From positions 32,001-96,000 of the forward strand of contig CAWANH010000028.1 of the NCBI GenBank assembly GCA_963783375.1: DNA of 64,000 bases. Direction: 5' to 3'. The DNA comes from Candidatus Eiseniibacteriota bacterium. Its GTDB lineage: Bacteria > Eisenbacteria > RBG-16-71-46 > JABDJR01. This document shows, one piece after another, positions 50,873 through 61,513 of the stretch. Both the position numbers and the translations under genes were made by a program. Under the pieces are notes generated by a model that was not told the DNA's origin, did no database searches, and worked only from the letters and a program-made list of their open reading frames with translations. Each line of letters starts with the position of its first letter. The first letter of the stretch is position 1.

Positions 50873-51604
50873 ATGAACCGTTTCCCGACCGTCGTCCTCG
50901 TGACCGGCGCCCTCCTGGCTCTCGTCCCGGGGGCCGCGACGCCCACCCCGCACCCGGTTCCCGGTGAGACACCCGGGGTCGCCGCCCCGGAAAGCGGGAC
51001 CGCCGCCCCCGCCGACACCTTCCGGTTCGCCGGGGACATCCGCCGCTTCGAAGGGGCGGACCGGGCGAGCGCGCCTCCCGCCCACCCCGTCCTCTTCGTG
51101 GGCAGTTCCTCGATCCGCATGTGGTCGGGCCTGGCCGAGGACTTCCCCGGCGTTCCGGTCCTCAACCGGGGCTTCGGGGGCTCGGAGACCGAGGACGTCC
51201 TCCGCTACGCCGACCGGATCGTCTTTCCCTATCATCCCCGGCTCATCTTCCTCTACGAGGGGGACAACGATCTGGCCGCGGGAAAGAGCCCGGACCGGGT
51301 CTTCGCCGACCTCGACTCCCTGGTCACCCTCATCCACCGGCGACTCCCCGGGACCCCGGTGGCCTTCATCTCGATCAAGCCCAGCCTGGCCCGGCGGAAC
51401 CTCCTGGAGGCGATGCAGGAGGTGAACGCCCGCATGCGCGCCCGGGCCGCCGCGGACCCCGGGCTCGACTACGTGGACGTGATGACCCCCATGCTCGACG
51501 GGCGCGGCGAGCCGCGGCCGGAGATCTTCCTGCCCGACGGGCTCCACCTGAACGCGGCGGGGTACGCGATCTGGGTCCATGCGGTGGCCCCGCTTCTCGA
51601 GTGA
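50873..51604 (+). CDS. SGNH/GDSL hydrolase family protein (exported)
   Basis: LFVGSSSIRMW, NRGFGGS, YEGDND, DGLHLN; RBS GAGGAGG. Confidence 0.93.
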   Translation: MNRFPTVVLVTGALLALVPGAATPTPHPVPGETPGVAAPESGTAAPADTFRFAGDIRRFEGADRASAPPAHPVLFVGSSSIRMWSGLAEDFPGVPVLNRGFGGSETEDVLRYADRIVFPYHPRLIFLYEGDNDLAAGKSPDRVFADLDSLVTLIHRRLPGTPVAFISIKPSLARRNLLEAMQEVNARMRARAAADPGLDYVDVMTPMLDGRGEPRPEIFLPDGLHLNAAGYAIWVHAVAPLLE

Positions 51605-51734
51605 CGGCGGCGGACCCTGCGGGGCGTCCGCACCGCCCCGGCCTCGGCGCGGCGCGCACCGCGGCCGGGACGGAGCGCGCCGTCCCAGAACGCCCTTGGG
51701 GGGACCGGCCCGGCAGTGTAGAATCCGGGGCCTC

Positions 51735-52721
51735 ATGACACGCGTATTCAGCGGAATCCAGCCCACCGGATCGCTTCATCTCGGAAACTACCTGGGGGCC
51801 ATCAAGAACTGGGTGGCGCTCCAGGACCGGGACGACTTCGAGCGCATCTACTGCGTGGTGGACTACCACGCCATCACCGTCGAGTACGACGCCGGGCACC
51901 TGGCGGAGCGGACCCTGGGGATGGTCCGGGACCTCCTGGCCTGCGGTCTCGACCCCGAGCGGAGCGCCATCTTCGCCCAGTCCCAGGTTCCCGAGCACAC
52001 CGAGCTGGCCTGGATCTTTCAGGCCACCTCCACGTCCTACGGGGAACTCCAGCGGATGACCCAGTTCAAGTCGAAGACCGACCAGCAGGACTTCGTCACC
52101 GCCGGGCTCTTCACCTATCCGGTGCTCCAGGCCGCGGACATCCTGCTCTACGACGCCGCCCGGGTCCCGGTGGGCGAGGACCAGGTGCAGCACCTGGAGC
52201 TGTCGCGGGAGATCGGCCGGCGGTTCAACCAGCGGTTCGGCGAGACCTTCCCCGAGGTCCTGCCGCTCCTCACCAGCGCCCCCCGCATCCTGAGCTTCCG
52301 CGACCCGACCCAGAAGATGTCCAAGAGCGCGGGGGAGGGCCACTACCTGGCCCTGGACGGGACCGAGGACGAGGCACGCGGGATGATCAAGCGCGCGGTC
52401 ACCGACACCGGCCCGGCGGAAGCGGGGGTCATGAGCCCGGGAGTTCAGAACCTCTTCACCGTCCTCCGGGAACTGGGGCGAACCGAGGACCACGACCGGC
52501 TCATGGCCGACTACAAGGCGGGAAGCCTCCGTTACGTGGATCTCAAGGGCGCGGTCTCGGATGCGGTGTGGGAGACGGCGTCCGCCATCCAGGCCCGGAT
52601 GAAGGAGTTCCCCTCCGAGGTGGTGCGGGAGGTGATCCGGGAGGGGGCCGAGCGGGTCAGGCCGATAGCCAGGGCCAAGATCGCCGAAGTCCGGAAGCGG
52701 GTCGGCCTGCTCGAATTATAG
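51735..52721 (+). CDS. trpS: tryptophan--tRNA ligase
   Basis: FSGIQPTGSLHLGNYLGA, YPVLQAADIL, VPVGEDQVQHLEL, KMSKS. Confidence 0.97.
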   Translation: MTRVFSGIQPTGSLHLGNYLGAIKNWVALQDRDDFERIYCVVDYHAITVEYDAGHLAERTLGMVRDLLACGLDPERSAIFAQSQVPEHTELAWIFQATSTSYGELQRMTQFKSKTDQQDFVTAGLFTYPVLQAADILLYDAARVPVGEDQVQHLELSREIGRRFNQRFGETFPEVLPLLTSAPRILSFRDPTQKMSKSAGEGHYLALDGTEDEARGMIKRAVTDTGPAEAGVMSPGVQNLFTVLRELGRTEDHDRLMADYKAGSLRYVDLKGAVSDAVWETASAIQARMKEFPSEVVREVIREGAERVRPIARAKIAEVRKRVGLLEL

Positions 52722-52782
52722 CGGGCCGCGCGCGGTCGGCCTGAAGCCCGGACGGATTCCATCGGCACGGGGACAAGAAACC

Positions 52783-52810
52783 GGAGGGGGAACCTCCAGG
52801 TCCCCCCTCC
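52783..52810. terminator. hairpin between convergent trpS and the response regulator
   Basis: GGAGGGGG...CCCCCTCC stem with an A-rich 5' flank (U tract on the minus strand). Confidence 0.45.
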
Positions 52811-53092
52811 AGACCACTCGATCGTTCCTTGCATCGCACTCTGATTGTCTCTCAACCATCGAGCGTTCTCAGTCAAGTCGCGGAGCGACTCTTGGACCTC
52901 GGTGAATTGGAGCATCGCTCCCCGGTGAGAACCGTCGACCCGCCGGTCCGGTGACCCTGAACCACCCGACCCCTGAGGATCGCTCTCTCGATAGACTCGA
53001 GACTACGCATCGGGGGGCAATCGGGGAATCGGCTCACCCCTCAATATTAGATAAGATTTTTCCCTATGGTTGCAGGACACTTCCCCACCGGA

Positions 53093-53782
53093 TCAGCGGT
53101 CCTCGAGCACCCACTGGACCGCCCGATAGACCAACTCGTTGCCGTTTTTGAGGTTGAGCTTGGTCTTGATCTTCTGCCGGTGGGCGTCGACGGTCTTGAC
53201 GCTCAGATGGAGGTCCTGAGCGATCTCCCGGCTGGTCTTCCCCCCCCCGATGAGCTCGAAGATCTCGAGCTCCCGGTTGGTGAGCTGCTCCACCAGGGGA
53301 CCGCTGGACGGCGTCCCGAAGTTGGAAATCGAAGAGAGCACGCGCTCCATGCCTCCTTCGCTCAGCCGGATCTTCCCCTGGAGGACGGTGCGGATCGCGG
53401 CCAGGATCTGCTCGCCCCCCTCGGACTTGCAGACGTATCCGGAGGCCCCCGCCCGAAGGCTGCGTTCGGCGTACAGCCCTTCGGCGTGCATGGAACAGAC
53501 GAGCACCCGGCAGGACGGACGTTCCTGCCGGATCATGCGGATGAGATCCAATCCGGACATGTCGTCCAGGGAGATGTCCACCAGGGCCAGATCGGGTTCG
53601 AGCTCCTCCAGCATCTGAATGGCCTGGGACGCTTTGCCCGCCTCCCCACAGACCTCCAAATCGCTCTCCCGGCTGATGAGCTCGACCAGGCCCGTCCGCA
53701 CCACCGGGTGATCATCGACGATCAGGACCCGTCGGGGACGGTCGACCGGATCTCCCATTCGGGAACGGGGCATCTTGTTCAT
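53093..53782 (-). CDS. NarL/LuxR family response regulator
   Basis: VLIVDDHPVVR, LALVDISL, GYVCK, LTNRELEIF...SVKTVDAHRQKIKTKL; ATGA overlap with the kinase stop. Confidence 0.95.
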   Translation of the reverse strand: MNKMPRSRMGDPVDRPRRVLIVDDHPVVRTGLVELISRESDLEVCGEAGKASQAIQMLEELEPDLALVDISLDDMSGLDLIRMIRQERPSCRVLVCSMHAEGLYAERSLRAGASGYVCKSEGGEQILAAIRTVLQGKIRLSEGGMERVLSSISNFGTPSSGPLVEQLTNRELEIFELIGGGKTSREIAQDLHLSVKTVDAHRQKIKTKLNLKNGNELVYRAVQWVLEDR

Positions 53783-56700
53783 GCGGCGGCTCCCCCTCTC
53801 AAAGCACATCTGACGATGAGCCCGCCTCCGGGGGCGGATTCGAAGGTCAATGAGCCGCCGATCAGACCGGAGCGGTAACGCATGATCCTGATGCCCAGGC
53901 CCCTGGTCTCATCCGGCACCTCGAACTTCCCCGCACCGTCGTCGCGGACCTCCAGGACCAGATCGATTCCCTCGGCGGCCAGGGAGACCACGATCTCCGG
54001 CGCGCCGGAGTGCTTGACGGCGTTGTAGAGCGCTTCCTGCGCGATATAGAACAGATGCGTCGCGGTGAAGTTGTCCTCCACCAGAACCGGCCGGGCGCAC
54101 TCGAACCGGCAATTACTCCGGAAACTGCTGCGTAGCCGGGAAACGAGGTCATCCAGGGCGCTCATGAGGCCGGCGGCGTCGACCTCGACCGGCATGAGTC
54201 CCCGCGCCAGGTCGTGGACCTGCTGTTTGGCCTCGGTGAGACTGGCCGCCAGGCGCTGAGCCAGCACGGCCTCCGGTGGCAGGGCCTCCTTGATCCTCCG
54301 ATGCAGGGTCTCGGCCAGGAGAGCCGCGCCCACGATCTGCTGGGCCAGGGTATCGTGGAGTTCCTGGCCGAGCCTGCGATGTTCCTCCACCACCAGGTCG
54401 GCGGTCTGCCGCTCCAGCTCCTCCCGCTCGAGCTCTTTCCGCACCACCACCCGGCCGAGTTGGGTGCCGCACAGGGACGCGGTGTCGAGGAGAAGGGCGT
54501 CGGGTTCGGAGTCCCCGCGACTCAGGAACTTCAAGACCCCCACCCTCCGCCTACCGACCACGATGGGAACGGTGACCGCGCCTCGGATCCCCGCCCGGCG
54601 AAGCACGTCGGCCGGATACGTGGAAATCGCATCGAGGTCGGTGGTCCAGGTCGGACGCACCTCCTCCATCTCCTCCCCCAACGGCCCCCTATCCTTCCCC
54701 TTCCGGGGCTTGCGGGCCGCCGCGTGCATCTTCAAGGATTCCAATTCGGGCTCGCCGAACCACCACGCCCCGGAATCCTCGAGGACCAGCGGGTCCTTCA
54801 TCGAGTGGAGGTAGGCGTGACCCACCGGCCAGTCGAACCCGGCGCACATCTCCTTCAGTACGGCCGGGAATGCTTTCTGGATCGAATCGGCCTGGTTGGC
54901 GATCACCGCGATCCGGCCCAGGAGTTCCAGGTAATGGGTGCGTTCGTGAACCCTGGCATCGAGCTGTTCGTTCAGGGTCCGAAGGGCTTCTTCGGCCGCC
55001 TTGAGCTCGGTCATCTCGATGAAGGCGACGACCACGCCGTCGACCCGGTCCCCGCTGATCCGATAGGGAAGGACGCGGCGAATGTACCAACGACCATCCT
55101 CGCAGCGGATCTGGGATTCCAGCTGGACCCGGGTCTCCATGACCCGTCTCGCGTCCGCTTCCATGTTCGCACCGGCCGCCGGAAGGGAAAGCTCCCGGAT
55201 GGAACGGTGGAAATCGAGGGGCCGCAGGTGTAGGAATTCGCCCGCCGATTCGGTGAACCACTTGATGCACAAGGAGGGATCGAGAAAGACGGTGGGGATT
55301 CCGCTGCTGCTGATGAGGTTGGCCAGGTCGTTGTTGGCGGTCTCCAGGGCCACCACCTTCTCCTGGAGCTTCGAGTTGACGGCGGCCAGCTCGTCGATCA
55401 GCGACTGCAACTCCTCACCGGAGGTCTCCAGCTCCTCGTTGGTGGACTGGAGATCCTCGTTCATCGAGGTCATCTCCTCGTTGGCGGTCCGGAGTTCCTC
55501 GTTCGAGGTCTCGAGTTCCTCGACGCTGATCTGGAGTTCCGATCTGGCCTCGCGGAGCTGTTCCTCGAGGTGGTCGATTATGGCGATCTCGCCGGGGTCC
55601 GGGTCCATGGCGGGCAACGCGGCAATTCCCGCGGGCACCACTTCGCTGAAGGACACAAGGAGAAGTCCCTCGACCGAATTGGGAAGGGTCAACGGATCCA
55701 CAACGATCCGGAAGGCGTGCCCGCCGCCCTGGCCGGGAACCTCGAACGGGCCTCTGGCTATCGGCTTCCCGGTGCGCCTTGCCTTCAGGAGGGTCGCTCG
55801 AAGCTTGGGGTGAGTGGTCAACGGAGTCCAGGCGAACAGGTCGGTGGTCATCGCCCCTCGGGGGGGGGTCAGGTACGGGCTGGCGGCGCCGAAGGAGAAG
55901 AGGATCTCATCCCGGCCGTTCACCACCACGGACGGCGGAGCGAACCGGTTCAGGACCAGCTTCTTGATCGCCTCGACGAAGATGTCGTGATCGCGGCCCC
56001 TCAGCCCGTTGCGCAGCTGGCTTCGGGGGATCGGCGGTTTGGAAAAGCTTCGGAAATCCACATGACTCAGCCGGGTGGTCCCCACTTTCCGAAAGATCCG
56101 GTACCGCTTGGACAGCGGTTCGAACAGAGCCTCTCCCGTACTCGTGGTTTCGGCGTTCCCCAGGAAGAGGCAACCACCGGGCGAGAGGGAGTAGTGGAAG
56201 AGCCGAAGCAGCCGTTCCTGCGCCTCGGGCACCAGGTAAATGAGGAAGTTCCGGCAGGAAACCAGGTCCATGCGGGAAAACGGGGGATCGGAAAGGAGGT
56301 TCTGCTCCGCGAACACCACCTTCTCCCGAACCTCCCTCTTGATCCGGAAGCCTCCGTCGAACCTCGTGAACGAGCGGCTTCGGCGCGCGGGACTCACTTC
56401 AGCGGCTCTCACGACCGGATAGGTCCCGGGACGGGCGACGGCAAGCGCGTCCGCATCGACGTCCGAGGCGAAGATCTGGATGTCACATGGTGATTGGGCT
56501 TCCTTCCTCGCCTCCAGGAGGAGGATCGCCATGGTGTACGCCTCTTCCCCGGTGGCGCAGCCGGGGACCCAGACCCGCACCGTCTCCCCCTCCCCCCTCT
56601 CGCGCGCCAGGGGTAGGAGCACGTCCTGCTTCAAGGTCTTCCACGCCTCGGCGTCTCGAAAGAAACGGGTCACGCTGATCAGGAGGTCCCGGGCCAATGC

Positions 56701-57567
56701 GCTTCTCTCGGCCGGCTTGTCGGAAAGGAGGCGGACGTAGGCTTCAAGGCTATCGAGCTGGTGGAGGCCCATCCGGCGATGAATCCTGCGGAAAAGAGTG
56801 CTCCTCTTGTAGGCGCCGAAGTCGTAGTGGCTGCCGGTGTTCAGGACGTCCAGCACCGACTGCACACCCGAGGTGGCCTCGGGCCGGTCCAGGTCGAACG
56901 GTTCCTCGCCGCGGACGTAGGTGTGCCCGAGGTAGCGCAGAAGGTGCGCGGGCATGGCCTCCACGTCCAGAATCCTGTCCACCAGTCCGGTGGCCATCGC
57001 GGCCCGGGGCATGCCGTCGTAGGCCGCCTTTTCCGGGTCCTGGACCAGAACCAATCCCCCCTGGGCCTTCACGTCCCGGAGACCGCCGGTGCCGTCAGCG
57101 CCCGTTCCGGACAGGATCACCGCCACCGCCTTCTCCCCGACCGCGGCGGCCATGGAGCGGAAGAAGTAGTCGATGGGATGGCGGGCCTCCATCCGGTCCT
57201 TGGGCTTCCGGATGTGAAACCGGCCTTTCTTCAACGAGAGGAGCCGTCCCGGCGGGGCGACGTAGACCCGATCGGCCGCCGGAGTCTCGCCCTCCTCAAC
57301 CTGGCCCACGTGCATATCGGTTCGGCGGCCGAGGATCGAGGCAATCATGCTGTCCCGATCGGGGTCGAGATGCTGAATGACCACGAAGGCGGCGCCGGAC
57401 TGGGACGAAAGCGAGGAGAAGAACTTCTGGAGCTGTTCGAGGCCCCCGGCCGATGCACCCAGGGCGACGATCGGAACGACGGAATCCCCACGGTCCGTGC
57501 GCGACGCCGGCGCGGACTTGGGGGACCTGTCTGCTTTCGAACCGAGGCGGGTTTGCTGTTCTACCAT
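53779..57567 (-). CDS. CheB/CheR fusion with PAS, GAF and HisKA_3-type histidine kinase
   Basis: CheB GASAGG, IQH, LSGTGADG. CheR VTRFFRD, PGCATGEEAY, SCRNFLIY. Coiled coil ELETSNEEL. ELHDTLAQ, EALYNAVKHS, GLGIRIMRYR. Confidence 0.93.
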   Translation of the reverse strand: MVEQQTRLGSKADRSPKSAPASRTDRGDSVVPIVALGASAGGLEQLQKFFSSLSSQSGAAFVVIQHLDPDRDSMIASILGRRTDMHVGQVEEGETPAADRVYVAPPGRLLSLKKGRFHIRKPKDRMEARHPIDYFFRSMAAAVGEKAVAVILSGTGADGTGGLRDVKAQGGLVLVQDPEKAAYDGMPRAAMATGLVDRILDVEAMPAHLLRYLGHTYVRGEEPFDLDRPEATSGVQSVLDVLNTGSHYDFGAYKRSTLFRRIHRRMGLHQLDSLEAYVRLLSDKPAERSALARDLLISVTRFFRDAEAWKTLKQDVLLPLARERGEGETVRVWVPGCATGEEAYTMAILLLEARKEAQSPCDIQIFASDVDADALAVARPGTYPVVRAAEVSPARRSRSFTRFDGGFRIKREVREKVVFAEQNLLSDPPFSRMDLVSCRNFLIYLVPEAQERLLRLFHYSLSPGGCLFLGNAETTSTGEALFEPLSKRYRIFRKVGTTRLSHVDFRSFSKPPIPRSQLRNGLRGRDHDIFVEAIKKLVLNRFAPPSVVVNGRDEILFSFGAASPYLTPPRGAMTTDLFAWTPLTTHPKLRATLLKARRTGKPIARGPFEVPGQGGGHAFRIVVDPLTLPNSVEGLLLVSFSEVVPAGIAALPAMDPDPGEIAIIDHLEEQLREARSELQISVEELETSNEELRTANEEMTSMNEDLQSTNEELETSGEELQSLIDELAAVNSKLQEKVVALETANNDLANLISSSGIPTVFLDPSLCIKWFTESAGEFLHLRPLDFHRSIRELSLPAAGANMEADARRVMETRVQLESQIRCEDGRWYIRRVLPYRISGDRVDGVVVAFIEMTELKAAEEALRTLNEQLDARVHERTHYLELLGRIAVIANQADSIQKAFPAVLKEMCAGFDWPVGHAYLHSMKDPLVLEDSGAWWFGEPELESLKMHAAARKPRKGKDRGPLGEEMEEVRPTWTTDLDAISTYPADVLRRAGIRGAVTVPIVVGRRRVGVLKFLSRGDSEPDALLLDTASLCGTQLGRVVVRKELEREELERQTADLVVEEHRRLGQELHDTLAQQIVGAALLAETLHRRIKEALPPEAVLAQRLAASLTEAKQQVHDLARGLMPVEVDAAGLMSALDDLVSRLRSSFRSNCRFECARPVLVEDNFTATHLFYIAQEALYNAVKHSGAPEIVVSLAAEGIDLVLEVRDDGAGKFEVPDETRGLGIRIMRYRSGLIGGSLTFESAPGGGLIVRCALRGGAAA

Positions 57568-57830
57568 GTAGGCTACCCGGATCTTCCGTGTGCTCAGGTT
57601 TCAGGACCGATGAGCGCCCATCGCCAAGCTGAGACAGCGCCGGGTGACCAGGGGGCGGCGGTTCATCGGGGGGTGAAACCGTCCGGATTCGTCACCCCCG
57701 ACTCGTACCAAGATACATCAAATGCAAGACAATTCGAAGCGGCAATGTTCCGATAGGGAAACAGCGGGGGCCGAATCCGGGGCGGGGTGCCGGAAGGACA
57801 ACGAAGAGACGTGGTTGCCCGGCAACCGCT

Positions 57831-58853
57831 CTACCCCCCGGCGGCCACCCCGGGTTGCGCCCGCACCTCGGACCGGGGTTCGGCGACCCCTTCCCCGATG
57901 AGCGCCTCCGGCTCGACCAGGTCCCGCGGGAAGGCGGGCTCCTTCCCCAGCCGGTCGAGGCTCCGCACGACCCACTCCGGACGTCCCCAATCGCTCCAGC
58001 TCAGGCCCTCGAGACTGAACACCCCCAGGGCTTCCGGCGCCCGCTCCAGGACGTCGGTGCAAAAATTGGACGGAGCGGCCCGCCGGTAGACCCGGGCCAG
58101 GGCGGCTTCCTCCCGGAAGGTGCCCGCGGCGCGGGTGAGGTCCTCGAGGAGCGGCATGGCCCCGCGGAGAAACCGCCGTCCCAGATCCCAGTACGTCTCG
58201 AGACGGGCGGTGAGGATGAGCGTGTTCCAGAGCGCGCCCCGGGCCAGGAGCCCGCGCGCCTCGGGCCGGTCCGGCTTCTCCCGGAAGGCGCCCACCGAGC
58301 GAAAGCGCAGCCCGTCCCCGGCCCGGGATACGTCGATCCCGGGAAGGATCCAGCCGAACTCGGTCTCGGGACGGTCGGCGGGGGCACCGGCGATCAGGAC
58401 CCGGTCGGGCCGCCGGCGGGCCGCGGCGACGGCCCGCCGCATCAGGTCGGCGAACTGCGCCTCGGGGTGGACGAAGTGGTCCGAGGGATAGAGGGTCACC
58501 ACCGCCTCGGGATCCCGGGCCCGGATGAGGCTCAAGGCGGCATAGATCCCCAGCGAGGTGCCCCGGTCCACGGGCTGGGGAAGCAGGATGCCGGAGCCGC
58601 GGGCCTGGAACTGGTCGAGCGCCTCGGGAAGATGATGCCGGGCGATCACCGTGACCCGGCGCTCGGCCGCCGAGAGGGCGTCCGCGCGATCCAGGGTGTG
58701 TTGAAACATGGACCGTGATCCGGTGAAGCGACAATACTGTTTCGGGACCGGGCGCCCCATCCAGCGGAGCACCAGGGGCCTCATCCGCTTGCCCTCGCCG
58801 CCGGCGAGGACGATCGACCAGGCTCCGCCGGGTGAACCGGTCCCTGAATCCAT
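57831..58853 (-). CDS. mannose-1-phosphate guanylyltransferase-like sugar-phosphate nucleotidyltransferase
   Basis: IVLAGGEGKRM, PKQY, QPVDRGT, PSDH, FREKP, WNT, WSDWG; RBS GAGGAGG. Confidence 0.88.
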   Translation of the reverse strand: MDSGTGSPGGAWSIVLAGGEGKRMRPLVLRWMGRPVPKQYCRFTGSRSMFQHTLDRADALSAAERRVTVIARHHLPEALDQFQARGSGILLPQPVDRGTSLGIYAALSLIRARDPEAVVTLYPSDHFVHPEAQFADLMRRAVAAARRRPDRVLIAGAPADRPETEFGWILPGIDVSRAGDGLRFRSVGAFREKPDRPEARGLLARGALWNTLILTARLETYWDLGRRFLRGAMPLLEDLTRAAGTFREEAALARVYRRAAPSNFCTDVLERAPEALGVFSLEGLSWSDWGRPEWVVRSLDRLGKEPAFPRDLVEPEALIGEGVAEPRSEVRAQPGVAAGG

Positions 58854-59321
58854 GCCGCACCTCCTCCTCGGGCGGACCGCCGTCCCGAGCGCGCAATGAT
58901 TTGTTCAATCGAAGGAGATGAACCCATGACGGGGCGACGGCCGGGGAGGTTTGTCGCCCACCAGCAACGATACCGCTGCGGAGCCCCGGGGTTTCCCGAA
59001 TAGTTGTCCACGGCGTCGATTGTCACGTGCCCGTGCGCCTTCGCGGGAGACGGCCGCTTGCCAGGCGGCGCACCGGGGCCTCGTCAGGCGAAGCGGACAC
59101 CGGGAGCACGACCGGCCAGGTGGGAAGTCCGCCGAAATGCCCCCCCCCCTTGGACTTCGGCCCGGAGCCCGCCGGCCCGGTCTCCCCCCGGCCGCCGGTC
59201 CGGTTATCCTGTCCCCCGGGGACCGGTGCCTCCGATTCGGGATTGAACGCCCGCGCCCCGCGAAGCGTCTTAACCCATGAGACGAGTAGGATCTCCTCAG
59301 GGGGGAGGCAGGTTGGATCCG

Positions 59322-59903
59322 ATGAGCGACGCCGAGCTGGTGGCCTTGAGTCAACAGGGTAACCTGCAGGCTTTCAACGATTTGGCCCACAGGTGGGACG
59401 GGAGCCTCTTCCGCTTCGCGCGACGGTCCCTGGGCGACGACGAGGAGGCGCGGGACGTCTGCCAGGAGGCGCTCACCAAGGCCTACCTGAACATCGGGCG
59501 CCTCCGCGATCCGGCCAAGTTCAAGTCCTGGGTGCACCACATCGCCATGAACCTCTGCCGGGACCGGTTCCGCTCCCCCCGGCACCGGGCGGTGAAGGCC
59601 GGCTACGAGGAGGGCGAGGCGGGGGAGATGCAGATGGTGGAGGCCATGGGGCACGCGCAGACCGGGGAGCGGGAGGAACGGCGGGTGCTCATGGGCCGGC
59701 TCCTGGAGGGGGTGATGGAGCGGCTCCCCGAGGAGCAGAAGACGGCCATCCTCCTCCGGGAGTACCAGGGGTTCACCTCCGAGGAGATCGGAGAGATCAC
59801 CGGCGTCCCGGCCACCACCGTCCGGACCCGGATCTTCTACGGACTGAAGACGTTGCGAAAGGCCCTCAACGAACGGGGCATCACCTCCCTGGAGGGGCGG
59901 TGA
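59322..59903 (+). CDS. ECF RNA polymerase sigma factor
   Basis: SDAELV, ARDVCQEA, FKSWVHHIAMNLCRD, LPEEQK, EEIGEITGVPATTVRTRI. Confidence 0.95.
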   Translation: MSDAELVALSQQGNLQAFNDLAHRWDGSLFRFARRSLGDDEEARDVCQEALTKAYLNIGRLRDPAKFKSWVHHIAMNLCRDRFRSPRHRAVKAGYEEGEAGEMQMVEAMGHAQTGEREERRVLMGRLLEGVMERLPEEQKTAILLREYQGFTSEEIGEITGVPATTVRTRIFYGLKTLRKALNERGITSLEGR

Positions 59904-59913
59904 GGAGGTCGGA

Positions 59914-60771
59914 ATGATGAGCGAACAAGGACTCGATCCCCGCATTCAGAAGCTCATGGCTTCACTCTACGGCGAGCTCACCGAGGAGGAGGAGCGCGAG
60001 TTCCAGGCGGTCCTGGCCGGGGACGAGGCGTTGCGCGCGGAGTGGGACGAGCTTCACGCCGCCCGCGCCTTCCTCAAGGAGTGGGATGCGGCGGAGCCGG
60101 ACCGGAGCTTCGTGTTCGTGGAGCCCGCCGGAACCCCGGTGTCCGCCCCTCGAGGCGGCGGCAGCTGGACCGGGTTGCGGCGACGGCTGGCGGGCCTCTT
60201 TCCTCCCCCGGCTTGGGGATTCGCCGGGGCCACCGCGGCCCTGGTGGTGCTGATCTTCGCCGGCTTCCGGGTGGACCGGGTGGAGAACGGCCTGGCCTTC
60301 CGATTTGGATCCCCGACCGAGGTGTCGCGAACGGCGGAGATGGGATCGCCGGGCGGTACCCTCTCCGCTCCCGGAGACCCCACCGCGTACCCCAGGGTGG
60401 TGAGCCCCACCGGCGTGGGAGCCATCCCCGCCGCGGCGGCGGGGGGATACGTCACCCAGGATCAGCTCAACACCTACAACGCCCGGGTCCTGACCACCGT
60501 GTCCTCGCTCCTCGAGAACTTCGAGCAGAAGCGGAACGGCGAGCTGGCCTACGTGCTCCAGAGCTTCTACCAGGACCTCTCCAGCCGGCAGCTTCAGACC
60601 TACGACGAGCTTCGCGGCCAGATCCAAGGGGTCGGGCTGGGACTCATGGCCGAGCAGACCAAGGCGAACGCCCGCCTGGAAAGCTTGGTCGGCCGCACCG
60701 AGGCACCGCAAACCGTGCCCGTGAGTCAAAGTCCCGAAAACAGTCAGAGAGGTGGAAACGAAGATGAGTAG
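59914..60771 (+). CDS. membrane-anchored anti-sigma factor
   Basis: Follows the ECF gene; N-terminal ASD-like LYGELTEEE..., single TM, C-terminal helical domain. Confidence 0.75.
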   Translation: MMSEQGLDPRIQKLMASLYGELTEEEEREFQAVLAGDEALRAEWDELHAARAFLKEWDAAEPDRSFVFVEPAGTPVSAPRGGGSWTGLRRRLAGLFPPPAWGFAGATAALVVLIFAGFRVDRVENGLAFRFGSPTEVSRTAEMGSPGGTLSAPGDPTAYPRVVSPTGVGAIPAAAAGGYVTQDQLNTYNARVLTTVSSLLENFEQKRNGELAYVLQSFYQDLSSRQLQTYDELRGQIQGVGLGLMAEQTKANARLESLVGRTEAPQTVPVSQSPENSQRGGNEDE

Positions 60772-61453
60772 CGAACTTACCCGCGAGGGAACGCTCCGGG
60801 CCGCGGTTCTCCCGGTGCTGATCGCAACCTTTTTGGGTCTCGGCGCGTCGTATGTGGAGGGGGCCGAATCGCCGATTCCCGACCGGCTCAAGCGTCAGGT
60901 CGGGGTGATGGAGAAGATCCTGGACGAGGTCCTGGTGGACAGCCCCAACCTCCTGGTCTACTCCCAGGCCGCCGCTCGCGGCGTGTATCTGAAGGAGTTC
61001 GGCGTGGTCTTCACCCTGGAGGCCTCCCTGGTCGAGAAGGGCAAGAAGGGGCAGAACTGGATCTTCGGCGGCTACAGCGTCAAGGAAGAGAACGGAAAGA
61101 TCGTGGTCGAGCCGCCCTCCGACGACAAGGACAAGGACGGGGATGACGCAAAGAACCTCGTCCTCAACCTGAGGGACCTCCAGGAGAAGCAGACAAAGCG
61201 CGACAAGGACCTATACGAGCAGGGAAAGTCCGAGCTGGTGAACTGCCTCGTGGACTACGGGGAGACCCTGACCGCTCTCGACGACGGGCAGTATGTGGCG
61301 GTGGCCGCGTTCCTCAAGGACAGCGATTACTTCCTGGACAACCGGATCTCGCGGTTGGTGCTCAAGGCCAAGATGAGCGATCTCAGGGCCTACGGCGCCA
61401 AGCGCATCTCGCGGGAAGAAATGGAATCGCGGTTGGTCGAAGAGGAGTACTGA
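60764..61453 (+). CDS. hypothetical exported protein
   Basis: Hydrophobic N-terminal segment; overlaps the anti-sigma stop; typical codon usage. Confidence 0.75.
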   Translation: MSSELTREGTLRAAVLPVLIATFLGLGASYVEGAESPIPDRLKRQVGVMEKILDEVLVDSPNLLVYSQAAARGVYLKEFGVVFTLEASLVEKGKKGQNWIFGGYSVKEENGKIVVEPPSDDKDKDGDDAKNLVLNLRDLQEKQTKRDKDLYEQGKSELVNCLVDYGETLTALDDGQYVAVAAFLKDSDYFLDNRISRLVLKAKMSDLRAYGAKRISREEMESRLVEEEY

Positions 61454-61513
61454 CCGCGGGCCGGAGCGGCCCGCTCGGGTGTCGAATCCAGATGGGCTTT
61501 GGGGGGGCGTTCG

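Noticed and set aside
57667-57701. tmRNA 5' end (GGGGGTGAAAC...)
   Set aside because: It closes immediately as a local hairpin with TCACCCCCGA. No tag reading frame or T-arm/CCA 3' end was found.
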